The notes below the pieces were generated by a model. That model saw nothing but the letters and a program-made list of their open reading frames with translations. It was not told where the DNA came from and did no database searches. DNA of 64,000 nucleotides, from NCBI GenBank assembly GCA_965649165.1, contig CBFGJT010000005.1, positions 17,358-81,357 on the forward strand, written 5' to 3'. Shown in pieces: positions 1 to 9,797 of the stretch. The stretch is from a candidate division WOR-3 bacterium (GTDB lineage: Bacteria > Hydrothermota > Tepidihabitantia > Tepidihabitantales > Tepidihabitantaceae). How positions within the stretch are numbered: position 1 is the stretch's first letter; each line of letters starts with the position of its first letter. Position numbers and translations under genes: made by a program.

Positions 1-31
1 AGTGCAAGTTTTGTAACAAAAAGGAGGCTAA

Positions 32-2980
32 ATGAAAAAACTGATTGCTGCCAGCATGCTTGTGTTTATTTTTTTTATTGGCTGTGGGGATAAAGAACCC
101 CCGGAAGTTTCCCTGATCCAGCCGGTGAGTGGTGATACTGTTAGTGGGACAGTCGCAATTACAGCTGAAGCAACGGATAATAAGGGAGTAACAAAAGTGG
201 AATTTTATGTTGATAATATTCTTGTCGGAACCGATCCATCTTCCCCTTATTCGCACGATTGGAATACAGCGGCATTACAGGATAACTCCCAGCACAATAT
301 TTATGCCCGGGCATTTGACCGGGCAAACAATCAGGGGACATCGGCAGTGATCACCGTTGTTGTGCTTAATCCGCCCGAGACTCCCGCTACTCCTTGGGGT
401 CCGGCGAGTGGTTACCCGGGTTCTCAGTATACTTATGAGTTTTATACCTGTGCTGCTGATCCGGGGGGACAGGGTGTAGCGGTGAGATTTTCCTGGGGTG
501 ATGGCGACACCTCAGCTTGGAGCTCTTATCAGGTCAGCGGGGATACGATCGCCATGACCCATTCTTATTTATCGACCGGAACTTTCAGTGTCACTGCCCA
601 GGCAAAGGATGTGAATGGTGCAATATCGGGGTGGTCCGGGGCGCATCAAATTACCGTTACCGCAGGTTCAAGTCAGGCGCCCTATGCGCCGACGGTCAGC
701 GGACCGGCAACTGGCAACCCTGATGTTTCCTATAATTTTGATGCAAACGCAACCGATCCTGATAATGAGCCGGTTTCAATCAGATTTGCCTGGGGCGATG
801 GCGATACCTCGAACTGGAGCAATTATGTGTCAAGCGGATCACCAATAACAATGGCGCACGCTTATTCCGGCACCGGTTCCTACAATATCACGGCTCAGGC
901 AAGGGATATCCACGGTCTGAGGTCATCGTGGTCTGCCCCACATCAGGTTTTGATTTATACCGGTGGTGCCAATAATCCGCCCAATACGCCGATTCTGACC
1001 GGTCCGGGGAGCGGTTATGTTACTCTCGCCCAGACATTTTCCGCAACCACTACCGATCCCGAAGGGCAGAATATCTCGATCCGATTCGCTTGGGGCGATG
1101 GCGATACATCAGACTGGAGCCAGTATGTTGCCAGTGGCGGTACAGTCCGGGATACCCATACTTATGCCACTACCGGAACATTCTCAGTCCGGGCACAGGC
1201 ACGGGATATTCAGGGCGCGACATCAGGTTGGTCAAGTCCGCAGTCCATCAACATCACCGAAGGAATAGTGATTACCCGACCCAATGGTAGCGAGGTTTAT
1301 CTGGCGGATGAATACTACCCTATTCACTGGAACTGGTATGGAGGTTTTCCCACAGTAAAGATTGAATATTCTACCGATGGCGGTTCCTCTTGGACAACGA
1401 TTGTTTCCAACACTGACAACGACGGCTGTTATCACTGGCGTGTCCCCTACACAAGTTCAACATTTTCCAGTTGTCGGGTCCGGGTAAGCCATCCGACAAA
1501 TTTAAACATCTACGATATCAGTGATGCGAACTTTACCATTGCCCGTGACACCATTTCTGTGGTTATGCCCAATGGCGGTGAAAATTATTATGTCGGTGAA
1601 TACTATCCGGTCTTATGGGACTGGACCGGGAACTTCGCTAATGTAAGCATTGACTATTCAACTGATAACGGGAGCTCTTGGAGTTCGGTAATCACTTCAA
1701 CGACCAATGACGGTGCTTACGCCTGGCATGTTGACAATACACCCGTTGCTACTGCTCTAATCCGGGTAAGGAATCAGAGTGATGCGGATCTCAATGACGA
1801 GAGTAATGCCAACTTCACAATTGCCCGACCGGCGTTCAGAATTACCAGGCCCAACGGTGGTGAAACATACCGGGGCGGCAAACATTTTCCAATTCACTGG
1901 GACTGGACCGGTAATGTTAGCACAGTAACTATTGCCTACTCGACCGACGGGGGCACAACCTGGACCAATATTGTAACCGGAGCAACCAATGACGGTTCGT
2001 ATAACTGGACAGTACCGAATGTGAATTCGGCAAACTGCCGGATTAGGGTAGTAAGTTCCGAGGATCCCGATGCCTATGATATGAGTGATAATGACTTTAC
2101 AATTACCACCACCCAGGTTTCCGATACGATTCAGGTTACATCACCAGCCCTTAACGACAACTGGATACTCGGCCGGGATTATTATATCACCTGGACTGGA
2201 ACATTTTCCGGAACGGTGCGCATTGACTATTCCACCGATGGCGGAGCTTCCTGGAATCCCATTACCTCCAGCACCAGCGGCGGTTATTATTTATGGTCGA
2301 TTACCGGCGATTTCTCCAGCAGTAACTGCAAGATAAAGATTACCAGCACAGCCAATCCCGCGATCTATGACGAAAGCGAAACTTTTACCATCAGCCGTCA
2401 GACAATCACAGTTACCGCACCAAGGGCGAATGATAACTGGCAGAGCGGCAAGGACTATTACATTACCTGGAACTGGACCGGTAACTTTTCAACTGCCCTG
2501 ATCGATTACTCAACAGATAATGGTTCTTCCTGGAATCCAATTACATCCGCGACCCAAAATGACGGCTATTATCTTTGGTCCTTGTCAGATGCTATTACGG
2601 GGAGTGACTGCCGCGTCCGGGTAGGGGTTGCCGGCACCGCCAACTACGGTGTGAGTGGGAAATTTACCATTGCACCCCAGACAATAAGGGTTACTTCGCC
2701 TTTCGATGGAGATATCTGGTATGCAGGACGGAGTTATTATATCACCTGGGACTGGACCGGGGATTTCTCCAACGCCCGGATTGATTATTCAACCGACGGC
2801 GGTGCCACCTGGAATCAGATCGCTGCCAGCACCGGGAATTACGGTTATTGTCTCTGGACCGTGCCCAATGTATCAAGCTCGAACTGCCGGATTAGAATCG
2901 CCAACGCCAATAACAGCAATGCCTATGGTTTAAGTCCGGTGTTTGAAATTCGTAGCCGAGGTGGGGCGGGACGAAGATAG
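32..2980 (+). CDS. large secreted/surface lipoprotein: Ig-like N-domain, 3 PKD-like repeats, 6 Asp-box-bearing Ig-like repeats
   Basis: 982-aa ORF with AGGAGG just upstream of the ATG. Signal peptide ends in lipobox FIGC. (F/S)WGDGDTSxWS occurs 3 times. Six ~90-aa units each contain YSTDGGxxW. No T9SS-type C-terminal domain. Confidence 0.85.
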   Translation: MKKLIAASMLVFIFFIGCGDKEPPEVSLIQPVSGDTVSGTVAITAEATDNKGVTKVEFYVDNILVGTDPSSPYSHDWNTAALQDNSQHNIYARAFDRANNQGTSAVITVVVLNPPETPATPWGPASGYPGSQYTYEFYTCAADPGGQGVAVRFSWGDGDTSAWSSYQVSGDTIAMTHSYLSTGTFSVTAQAKDVNGAISGWSGAHQITVTAGSSQAPYAPTVSGPATGNPDVSYNFDANATDPDNEPVSIRFAWGDGDTSNWSNYVSSGSPITMAHAYSGTGSYNITAQARDIHGLRSSWSAPHQVLIYTGGANNPPNTPILTGPGSGYVTLAQTFSATTTDPEGQNISIRFAWGDGDTSDWSQYVASGGTVRDTHTYATTGTFSVRAQARDIQGATSGWSSPQSINITEGIVITRPNGSEVYLADEYYPIHWNWYGGFPTVKIEYSTDGGSSWTTIVSNTDNDGCYHWRVPYTSSTFSSCRVRVSHPTNLNIYDISDANFTIARDTISVVMPNGGENYYVGEYYPVLWDWTGNFANVSIDYSTDNGSSWSSVITSTTNDGAYAWHVDNTPVATALIRVRNQSDADLNDESNANFTIARPAFRITRPNGGETYRGGKHFPIHWDWTGNVSTVTIAYSTDGGTTWTNIVTGATNDGSYNWTVPNVNSANCRIRVVSSEDPDAYDMSDNDFTITTTQVSDTIQVTSPALNDNWILGRDYYITWTGTFSGTVRIDYSTDGGASWNPITSSTSGGYYLWSITGDFSSSNCKIKITSTANPAIYDESETFTISRQTITVTAPRANDNWQSGKDYYITWNWTGNFSTALIDYSTDNGSSWNPITSATQNDGYYLWSLSDAITGSDCRVRVGVAGTANYGVSGKFTIAPQTIRVTSPFDGDIWYAGRSYYITWDWTGDFSNARIDYSTDGGATWNQIAASTGNYGYCLWTVPNVSSSNCRIRIANANNSNAYGLSPVFEIRSRGGAGRR
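371..1264 (+). repeat. three tandem ~100-aa PKD-like coding repeats
   Basis: Repeated blocks of the form ..DP(G/D/E)G..V..RF(S/A)WGDGDTS.WS.Y..G......H.Y...G...V.AQA.D..G..S.WS. Confidence 0.8.
1265..2956 (+). repeat. six tandem ~90-aa coding repeats (Ig-like, each with an Asp-box SxDxGxxW)
   Basis: Units start I(T/S/R)(R/V)..P(N/A)G.. and contain Y(Y/F)P(I/V).W(D/N)WTG.F..v.IdYSTDgGssW...t.......Y.W.v......C(R/K)(I/V)R(V/I). Confidence 0.8.
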
Positions 2981-3005
2981 GATAGTAAGTCTTTAAAGGA
3001 GCGCG

Positions 3006-3038
3006 AAGGGGAGTGGTAAGCACTCCCCTTTTATTGTT
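3006..3038 (+). terminator. rho-independent terminator after the 982-aa gene
   Basis: Perfect 10-bp stem AAGGGGAGTG / CACTCCCCTT with loop GTAAG, followed by TTATTGTT. Confidence 0.8.
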
Positions 3039-3576
3039 ACGCCCCCAGTCTTAATTTGTTTGGCTGTGGGCGTAGTTTATGAATTCGGTTTTTGACCCTG
3101 CGGTGTAGGTGCTGGTGGATATCACCGGCGGCAGATACTGGAGCTGAAGATTGCTGCCAATGATGTTTGGGTTTTGCCCCACGGGTGCGCACTGATGCGG
3201 GTGTGGATCACCGGGGGGTGATGGCGCCGTAAGGACATCGGGGCGCAGCAAAATTCTAACGCCGGTCACAGTCGTCCCATAATGTTACTTATTAAATTAA
3301 AGCCCAGAAATTGGGGAAATTTAACAGCCGGTTAAAACGCTCATTTTGATAAATTAATATTTATTAAATAGTTACAAGATTTTTGGTTAGCGGTTTCTAT
3401 ATCCCGGGTGTAGTATAGGGGATGGTATTACTGATTGGGTGGTTCAGGTATTATTAATGATCGCAGTCAGGGTGGCGATCTTGGGTGATCGGAAAGATTT
3501 TGTCAACGCTCAGAATGATGGCATCAGTGGTAATTGCAGGTAGTTATAAGCTTGGGGGCCTAAGCCTGGTATCGGG

Positions 3577-4407
3577 TCAGGATGCAGCTTGGCAGTTGCC
3601 AGCAAGTGCAAGTGCGGATTTGATTTCGTGCTGAAATGCCGGTTTATCCAGGACAAAGGCTTTAATGAGGATGCCATTAACCACGCAGTCACCATATTCG
3701 GCATTGCGGATTCTGGCAAATTCCGGCTCTTGGGAAATGTCCACATAGATAATCGAAATATTTCGGTCAATTTCTCGGATGTAGTGCTCCATTCTTTTGA
3801 GAAAAAATGGATAGGCGGCAGGACATCGGTTCGGGCCACAGAACAAAAGGACTTTGCCTTTGTCCTCGTTAAAATGTCGGAAACTGCGCTCCGGTTTCGG
3901 CATCGGCTGATAGGCAAATTCAGCGTTCAGAGGATAGACGAGCAAGTTCGGGTCGGCGCCCACCGATTTAAATCCCCGGCGGACAAAGAATTCACGGGCA
4001 GAAATTTGACCTTCAGATTCCCCTGGAAATGTGTGAACAATCAGTCCGTTGAACCTCATGTTTCCGGACCGGTGCTCTGGTTTTTTGAGGTCTTCAATTA
4101 GGCTGGACAGCAGGGCGGTGCCGGCTCCCCTGTGCCAGAATTGCGGTTCGGGGACATAAATGCAGTCAATTTTCACAACAGCTTCGTTGCCGATCGGATG
4201 ATATTGAATCATGCCGGCCGGGATTTTGTCAATATAAGCTAACTTAGCAAAGGTACCGAATCGCTCCAGCATCTGCAATGCCCAGGTTTTCTTCTCGTTA
4301 AACCCTGTTTTCCAGTCCGGGTCGTCTCGTTTATTTTGGGGAATACAGACAAGGCACAAATCATCGATGTTTTCACGCGTGACCTCGATAACACGGAGTG
4401 ATTTCAT
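3577..4407 (-). CDS. GNAT-family N-acetyltransferase fused to a C-terminal thioredoxin-fold-like domain
   Basis: 276-aa ORF. The HRGAGTALL segment resembles the acetyl-CoA-binding Q/RxxGxG/A motif. The C-terminal half contains LLFCGPNRCPAAY. Confidence 0.6.
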   Translation of the reverse strand: MKSLRVIEVTRENIDDLCLVCIPQNKRDDPDWKTGFNEKKTWALQMLERFGTFAKLAYIDKIPAGMIQYHPIGNEAVVKIDCIYVPEPQFWHRGAGTALLSSLIEDLKKPEHRSGNMRFNGLIVHTFPGESEGQISAREFFVRRGFKSVGADPNLLVYPLNAEFAYQPMPKPERSFRHFNEDKGKVLLFCGPNRCPAAYPFFLKRMEHYIREIDRNISIIYVDISQEPEFARIRNAEYGDCVVNGILIKAFVLDKPAFQHEIKSALALAGNCQAAS

Positions 4408-4485
4408 TTTCGTTATTGAAACAATTTTCTTTCAGGAACAGTATAAGCGGTCTGGTGAAATAGTCAATTTGAATTGTTCCATTTC

Positions 4486-4514
4486 TTGATTTTAGGTCCG
4501 GTTTGTGCTAAGCT
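4486..4514 (+). promoter_or_regulatory. sigma70-like promoter (TTGATT-17-TAAGCT) for the nitroreductase gene
   Basis: The hexamers were read directly. The -10 ends 4-10 nt before ATG 4518/4524, so the true start is probably one of those ATGs and the transcript is leaderless. Confidence 0.45.
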
Positions 4515-5084
4515 TTGATGGTTATGAATGAATCAGGATTTCTTCGGCTCTGCCGGCAGCGGCGGTCGGTGCGCCGGTTTGCCGACAGACCGGTGGAGCG
4601 GGAGAAACTGCTTTGGGCACTGGAGGCGGCACGGCTCGCACCTTCAGCAGACAATTTTCAGCCTTGGCGATTTATCGTATTTGACGAACCAAAGCAAAAG
4701 CAGGCACTGGCTAATGCGGTGTTCAAAGGTGTCTTTGCCGCCTCCAGCCGCTTTGCCCGCGCGCCGGTGCTGGTGGTGCTGCTGATCAAGGAGAATGTAG
4801 TTGTCAACCGGGTGGCGGGCGGTATCGCCGGCAATCAGTTTCAGCTCATTGATGCCGGGATTGCGGGAGAGCATTTTGTCCTTGCTTGTGCCGAGCAGGG
4901 GCTCGGGACCTGCTGGATCGGCTGGTTTGACTCCCGGGCCCTGCTCCGTCACCTGGGGCTGAGACGGGGTTATCGGGCGGTGGCGCTGTTTGCGGTCGGG
5001 TATCCAGCAGATGAAAATCAGGAGCGCATTCCGCGGCGCAAACGGCTCGAGGAGATCGTCTTTTTCAACCGGGCGCCAGAGTGA
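4515..5084 (+). CDS. nitroreductase family protein
   Basis: Contains RRSVRRF...PSADNFQPWRFIV and a C-terminal GYP motif. The start may be ATG 4518 or 4524 rather than TTG 4515. Confidence 0.85.
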   Translation: MMVMNESGFLRLCRQRRSVRRFADRPVEREKLLWALEAARLAPSADNFQPWRFIVFDEPKQKQALANAVFKGVFAASSRFARAPVLVVLLIKENVVVNRVAGGIAGNQFQLIDAGIAGEHFVLACAEQGLGTCWIGWFDSRALLRHLGLRRGYRAVALFAVGYPADENQERIPRRKRLEEIVFFNRAPE

Positions 5085-5107
5085 CCGCAAGTTAAAAAAG
5101 GGAAGCC

Positions 5108-5686
5108 ATGGGTGATATGAAAAAAAAGGTGCTGGTACTGGAGGGCAGTCCGCGTCGGGGAAATACGGCACTCGTGACCGACTGGGTGCTGGCAGGGTTG
5201 GGTAAAAAAGGGGTTGAGGTCCGGCGGGTGCGGGTCTGTGAGCTGAATATCGCCGGCTGTCAGGAGTGCTTCGGGTGCCGGGCAGAGCAGAAGGCTGCCG
5301 GCTGTGAGCAGGATGATGACATGCTGGAGCTTTATGATCTGATCGTCGATGCCGACTTGGTAATCTGGACGAGCCCGATCTTCTGCTGGGGGGTAACAAG
5401 TCAGCTCAAGGCGGTAGTGGATCGCTGTTTTGCTCTGCTCAATGGGGAAAGTCTGATCAGGGGTTCGAAATGGGCGCTGATTCTGACCGCGGGCGGCGAT
5501 CACTATGACGGTGCCGATCTGGTGGTTGAGATGTTCAGACGGCTGGCTGAATTCGGCAGGGCGAACTATTTAGGGCAGCTGGTTATTCCCAGCTGTTCCG
5601 AGCCCGGGGTGTTGAAAAGACGGCAGGAGGTTATTGAGTCTGCCCGGCGCTTTGGCCGGGAACTGCGCAGTCATATAGTCGGCTGA
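5108..5686 (+). CDS. flavodoxin-like NAD(P)H-dependent FMN reductase / iron-sulfur flavoprotein-like
   Basis: Contains VLVLEGSPRRGNT, a Cys cluster CQECFGC, and WTSPIFCWGVTSQLKAVVDR. Confidence 0.65.
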   Translation: MGDMKKKVLVLEGSPRRGNTALVTDWVLAGLGKKGVEVRRVRVCELNIAGCQECFGCRAEQKAAGCEQDDDMLELYDLIVDADLVIWTSPIFCWGVTSQLKAVVDRCFALLNGESLIRGSKWALILTAGGDHYDGADLVVEMFRRLAEFGRANYLGQLVIPSCSEPGVLKRRQEVIESARRFGRELRSHIVG

Positions 5687-5697
5687 AGGTATCGGCG

Positions 5698-7917
5698 TTG
5701 CTGCTGACGGTTCTTTTCCTATCGCTGGAAACAGTGCACCCCGGCGCGGTCAATGGGGTGGTCCGCGACGCCAAAACTGGCGAACCGCTTGTCTATGCCA
5801 ATGTCGAACTGCAGGGAACCGGGTTGGGGACAGTTACCAACGCCAGTGGATATTACTACCTGAGCGGGGTCGAGCCGGGTTCTTATCGACTGGTAATCTC
5901 CTATATCGGTTTTCAGTCCTTCCGTCGGCAGGTTGCGGTCCGGGAGGGGCAGGTGATCACGGTGAATGCCGAGCTGACGCCGGAGCCGGTAAAACTGGGT
6001 GAAGTCAAGGTAACCGCCGCCCGGTCACGATTTGAACGGGAGGTGGTGGTTTCAACTCAGCGATTGGACACACGGCAGCTGGTGCTGCTGCCGAAGCTGG
6101 GCGGGGAAGGAGATATCATCCGGAGTGTTCAGCTCCTGCCGGGTGTGATCACCGTCTCCGACTTTTCCAACAAGCTTTACATCCGCGGCGGGTCACCAGA
6201 TCAGAATCTGATTCTTTTGGACGGAATTACTGTCTACAATCCGTCCCACCTTTTCGGGGTTTTCTCTCCGTTCGTGCCGGAGGCGGTGAGCGATGTGCAA
6301 CTGCTGGCGGGTGGTTTTCCAGCGAAATACGGCTCCCGGTTAAGTTCGGTGCTTGATGTAACTACCCGGGAAGGAAACTCCCGCTCCTACAGTGGTGAGG
6401 GTTCAATTTCAATGATTGCGGCAAAGGGGATTATTGAGGGACCGATCCCTCGAGGTTCATTTCTTTTTGCCGGCAGGCGGACCTATCTGCCGGATCTGCT
6501 TCTAAAGGCTTTCGGTGTGCCCGGGCTGAACTATTACTTTTATGATCTGATGGGGAAGGTTAATTATCATCTGAATCCGGATCACCGTTTGACCCTTACC
6601 GGACTGGGTGCCGAGGATGTGCTTTCCTTCTGGGATCCGGCTAATCCCGAGACGTTCAAATCCCGGCTCAGCTGGGGTAACCGGGGTGCGGCGCTGAGGC
6701 TGACCAGCATCTGGACGCCGGTGGTTTACGGTGATTTGCTGGCTGCCTGGAGCAGTTTCTTTTCGGATTTTTCGGTCAAGTTTCAGGCTGAGGGTGATGT
6801 GAGCATGAAGGGCGATCTCACCACCTATCAGTTGAAAGTCGATTTCACCTGTTACCTTCATGACCGGCATACCCTGGGTTTTGGTGCTGATCTGCAGAAA
6901 AATGATGTCGGGCTCAAGGTTCAGTTTGATACGATCCGTTTTGCTCCCCGGGATACGCTGGTGCCTCTGGCAGTTTATCTTGAAGACCAGTGGGAATTGA
7001 TTTCCCGACGGCTTCTGGTCCGGCCCGGGCTGCGGTTTGCTTGGTATTCCAAGGGCAAACGGTTTGAGCCCGAACCCCGCCTGGGGACAAAACTGTTTCT
7101 GAGAAAAAATACTGCCTGGAATACGGCGGTGGGCAGATACACCCAGCCGCTGGTGACTCTCAATTCCACTGAAGCGATTTTTTCCATCTATGATGTCTGG
7201 GTACCGGTGCGTGCGAACCGCAAGCTCCCTGCTGCCTGGCATTACATCACCGGAATCGAACACTGGCTCAGGGATGATTGGACGCTGCAGGTTGAGGTGT
7301 ATTACAAGGATTACCGGCATCTGCTGGAGGGACGCTACGGGGAGGTGTTCACACCGCCGGACTCACTGCTTGATGCCCATGGTTATTCGCTGGGCGCAGA
7401 ACTGCTGATCAGAAAGACCGGTGGCAGGCTCAATGGCTGGCTTGCCTATTCTTGGATGTGGACCAGGAGAGAGGCGGGCGGTGAGACCTATTATCCTCAT
7501 TATGACCGTCGTCACAGTCTGAACCTGGTGCTTAACTTTCCAGCAGTTATTTTGGGGTATGATCTCAGCCTGCGCTGGACACTGGGTACCGGGCTGCCCT
7601 ATGCTGGGGTTGCCGGTTTTTATTACCTTAATATTGAGCGGCCCGGTGGCCCGGCAGAAAGACAGTTGGAGCTGATTTACAGTGACCGCGATGCCTTCCG
7701 GTATCCGGCATATCATCGTCTGGATATCAGCCTGAGCCGGACCGGCAGGCTGGGCAGGTTTGTTGAAGCTTCGGTATTTCTGGATATCATTAATCTTTAT
7801 AATGCCCAGAATGTTCTGCTATATTACTGGGACACCGCTGCGGATGGCAGACCGGTGCGCCATCAGGTGACAATGTTGCCAATACTGCCGACCTTAGGCA
7901 TCAGGGTGAAATTCTGA
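5698..7917 (+). CDS. TonB-dependent receptor with N-terminal carboxypeptidase-regulatory-like domain
   Basis: CarboxypepD_reg-like segment G.V.D..TGEPL..ANV.L.GT..G..TN..G.Y.L..V..G.Y.L..SYIGF. Plug-like segment IRGGSPDQNLILLDGITVYNPSHLFG. Ends in a C-terminal beta-barrel finishing GIRVKF. Confidence 0.85.
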   Translation: MLLTVLFLSLETVHPGAVNGVVRDAKTGEPLVYANVELQGTGLGTVTNASGYYYLSGVEPGSYRLVISYIGFQSFRRQVAVREGQVITVNAELTPEPVKLGEVKVTAARSRFEREVVVSTQRLDTRQLVLLPKLGGEGDIIRSVQLLPGVITVSDFSNKLYIRGGSPDQNLILLDGITVYNPSHLFGVFSPFVPEAVSDVQLLAGGFPAKYGSRLSSVLDVTTREGNSRSYSGEGSISMIAAKGIIEGPIPRGSFLFAGRRTYLPDLLLKAFGVPGLNYYFYDLMGKVNYHLNPDHRLTLTGLGAEDVLSFWDPANPETFKSRLSWGNRGAALRLTSIWTPVVYGDLLAAWSSFFSDFSVKFQAEGDVSMKGDLTTYQLKVDFTCYLHDRHTLGFGADLQKNDVGLKVQFDTIRFAPRDTLVPLAVYLEDQWELISRRLLVRPGLRFAWYSKGKRFEPEPRLGTKLFLRKNTAWNTAVGRYTQPLVTLNSTEAIFSIYDVWVPVRANRKLPAAWHYITGIEHWLRDDWTLQVEVYYKDYRHLLEGRYGEVFTPPDSLLDAHGYSLGAELLIRKTGGRLNGWLAYSWMWTRREAGGETYYPHYDRRHSLNLVLNFPAVILGYDLSLRWTLGTGLPYAGVAGFYYLNIERPGGPAERQLELIYSDRDAFRYPAYHRLDISLSRTGRLGRFVEASVFLDIINLYNAQNVLLYYWDTAADGRPVRHQVTMLPILPTLGIRVKF

Positions 7918-8705
7918 TGAGCCGGACTATAACTATTCTCCTGGCCGCTCTGATTACCGGGTGTGAGCTGACACCGGAACAGCCGTTTACACCGCAACTT
8001 GTTGTTCATGCCCGGCTGCAGAGCGATAATGATGTTGTCCGGGTTCTTGTCAACCGTTCCTACCGGTTGGAAGAAAGTTACAATCCTGAATTTACCGGTG
8101 CCATGGTGCGGATATTCCATCGTGAGGATACGATGGATTTTGAATATGTTGCCGGAGACTCCTATCAGACGCGGGGACCGGTGCGGGTAGCAGAGCAGGA
8201 CACTTGGTTTCTTGAGGTGGCAAAATCCGGTTTTGACACGGTGCGCGGCAGGACGATAGTGCCGGCCGGGTTTGAAATCGTTTTTCCCCGGGCTGGTGAT
8301 ACGGTTACGGTCCGGGACTCGATGGTCTGGAGCCGGAGCCGGGGCAGTAAGGGGTATTATCTCTCTTTCCGAAAGATTGGGGAGCAGGATACATTTTATA
8401 TTGATGCCTTGATTCCCAATGACTCCTTTGATGTCAGCTATGATTCACTTTTTGTTCGAGTTCCGAATATGCTGTTTCTGATACTGGTTGCACCGCCCCC
8501 TGATTCCCCGCCGGCACTGTGCACCCTGCGGGTCTGGGCGCTGGACACCGGTTACTACGATTGGGTGTTCGGGAGAGCTAGAATGAATCCGTTTAAACCC
8601 AGCCGGTTGAGTGGCGGTCTCGGCGTTTTCGGCTCGGCGGTTGAACGGCTGGTACCGGTTTGGGTTCTGCCCGATACCGGTGCCCCCCTGCGGACCGGGC
8701 GCTGA
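7917..8705 (+). CDS. DUF4249-like lipoprotein partner of the TonB-dependent receptor
   Basis: Lipobox LITGC. Its start overlaps the receptor stop by 1 nt (TGATG). This is the typical position of DUF4249 genes after CarboxypepD_reg-type receptors. Confidence 0.55.
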   Translation: MSRTITILLAALITGCELTPEQPFTPQLVVHARLQSDNDVVRVLVNRSYRLEESYNPEFTGAMVRIFHREDTMDFEYVAGDSYQTRGPVRVAEQDTWFLEVAKSGFDTVRGRTIVPAGFEIVFPRAGDTVTVRDSMVWSRSRGSKGYYLSFRKIGEQDTFYIDALIPNDSFDVSYDSLFVRVPNMLFLILVAPPPDSPPALCTLRVWALDTGYYDWVFGRARMNPFKPSRLSGGLGVFGSAVERLVPVWVLPDTGAPLRTGR

Positions 8706-8759
8706 AAATTCCGGTTTTCCTCTTGACTTTGCTTAAATCTCCAGTTATGATAACCTGCT

Positions 8760-9794
8760 ATGCCAAAAACATATAGTGAGATTGAAAACTGGATTCTTGC
8801 TGAGGTGAATCCAGTTCTTTCCAACAGTGTTGACCAGACCTTTGAACGGCTGGTGCGGATCCGGGAGCGGATGCCGGTGATTGATGTGCCTCAGGATTTG
8901 AATCGGGAGGAGGATTTCAGCGAGGAGGCGGTCGTCCGAGAGCTGGCGCTCTATTTTCGGGGGTGTGAGCGGGTGCTGGATGTCGGGTGTGGTGATGGCT
9001 GGCCCGTGCTGCGGCTGGCAGACCACCTGCCCCAGGTCAACGGTATAGATGCTTCCACACGCCGGATCGCAGTCGCCACCGAAAATGCCCGGCGCCTGGG
9101 AGTGAAGAATGTTACCCTGAAGCAGATGTCCGCTGCCGAGCTGGCTTTCGGAGATAATACTTTTGACGGTGTGGTGGCGGTCAATGTCGTGGAACAGACA
9201 CCAGAACCCTATCAGGTGCTGCGGGAGATTTACCGGGTGCTCAAGCCCGGCGGCAGGCTCAGAATTTACTTCGAGGCGGTTAACAATACGGAGAAAGGGA
9301 CCACGGAACGGGTTTTTCTTACCGAAACCGATATCTCGCTCGGCTACCATTATGTCCTGCGACATCACCGCCCCCCCTGGGAGCGGAACTATCTGATTGA
9401 GTTTACCCCAACCCCGGAAATGAAGGAGGAGTTCCGGCGTCTGCACGAGCTGATCGACCGGCTTGGTGCGGTGCCGGCGCAGGTACCCGAGCTCGGCTTG
9501 GAATTTCTGACGCGCAACCGGAGTAGCATCAAAGGCGGGACCTGGTATGAGATTGAACATTTTACGAGCGAGACGATGCGCGATACTGTTGAGGAGGCAG
9601 GTTTTACCGATGTCCGGATTGTATATTCTGCCGGCACACTTGCCCGGCGCTTCCAGCCGCAGATTGCTGAACAGGGGCTGTCGCCAGTCCAGCTGCAGGC
9701 GGTCTGTCAGGGGCTGGCGGTAGTGAGTGCAGAAATTAACGCTCCGTCCGCCTCTGGTGAACCGGTGGTGGCGGTAAAACCCGAAAGGGGGTAA
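8760..9794 (+). CDS. class I SAM-dependent methyltransferase
   Basis: Motif I VLDVGCGDGWPVLRLA, post-I segment IDAS, and FDGVVAVNVVEQ. Confidence 0.8.
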   Translation: MPKTYSEIENWILAEVNPVLSNSVDQTFERLVRIRERMPVIDVPQDLNREEDFSEEAVVRELALYFRGCERVLDVGCGDGWPVLRLADHLPQVNGIDASTRRIAVATENARRLGVKNVTLKQMSAAELAFGDNTFDGVVAVNVVEQTPEPYQVLREIYRVLKPGGRLRIYFEAVNNTEKGTTERVFLTETDISLGYHYVLRHHRPPWERNYLIEFTPTPEMKEEFRRLHELIDRLGAVPAQVPELGLEFLTRNRSSIKGGTWYEIEHFTSETMRDTVEEAGFTDVRIVYSAGTLARRFQPQIAEQGLSPVQLQAVCQGLAVVSAEINAPSASGEPVVAVKPERG

Positions 9795-9797
9795 GTA

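Noticed and set aside
3051-3269. 72-aa minus-strand ORF in the spacer after the 982-aa gene
   Set aside because: It has no RBS, no signal peptide and no recognisable motif. The adjacent hairpin has a T-run only for the plus strand. The evidence is insufficient to call a gene, although the adjacent AT-rich 3270-3400 tract could hold a promoter.
4644-5399. Long shadow ORFs: 4644-5399(-), 5018-5503(-), 6502-7320(-), 8745-9560(-), 27822-28580(-), 32738-33340(-), 24427-25032(+), 54394-54870(+), 63399-63905(-) and similar
   Set aside because: Each lies antisense to, or out of frame within, a gene with recognisable family motifs. The sequences are low-complexity and Arg/Pro/His-rich.
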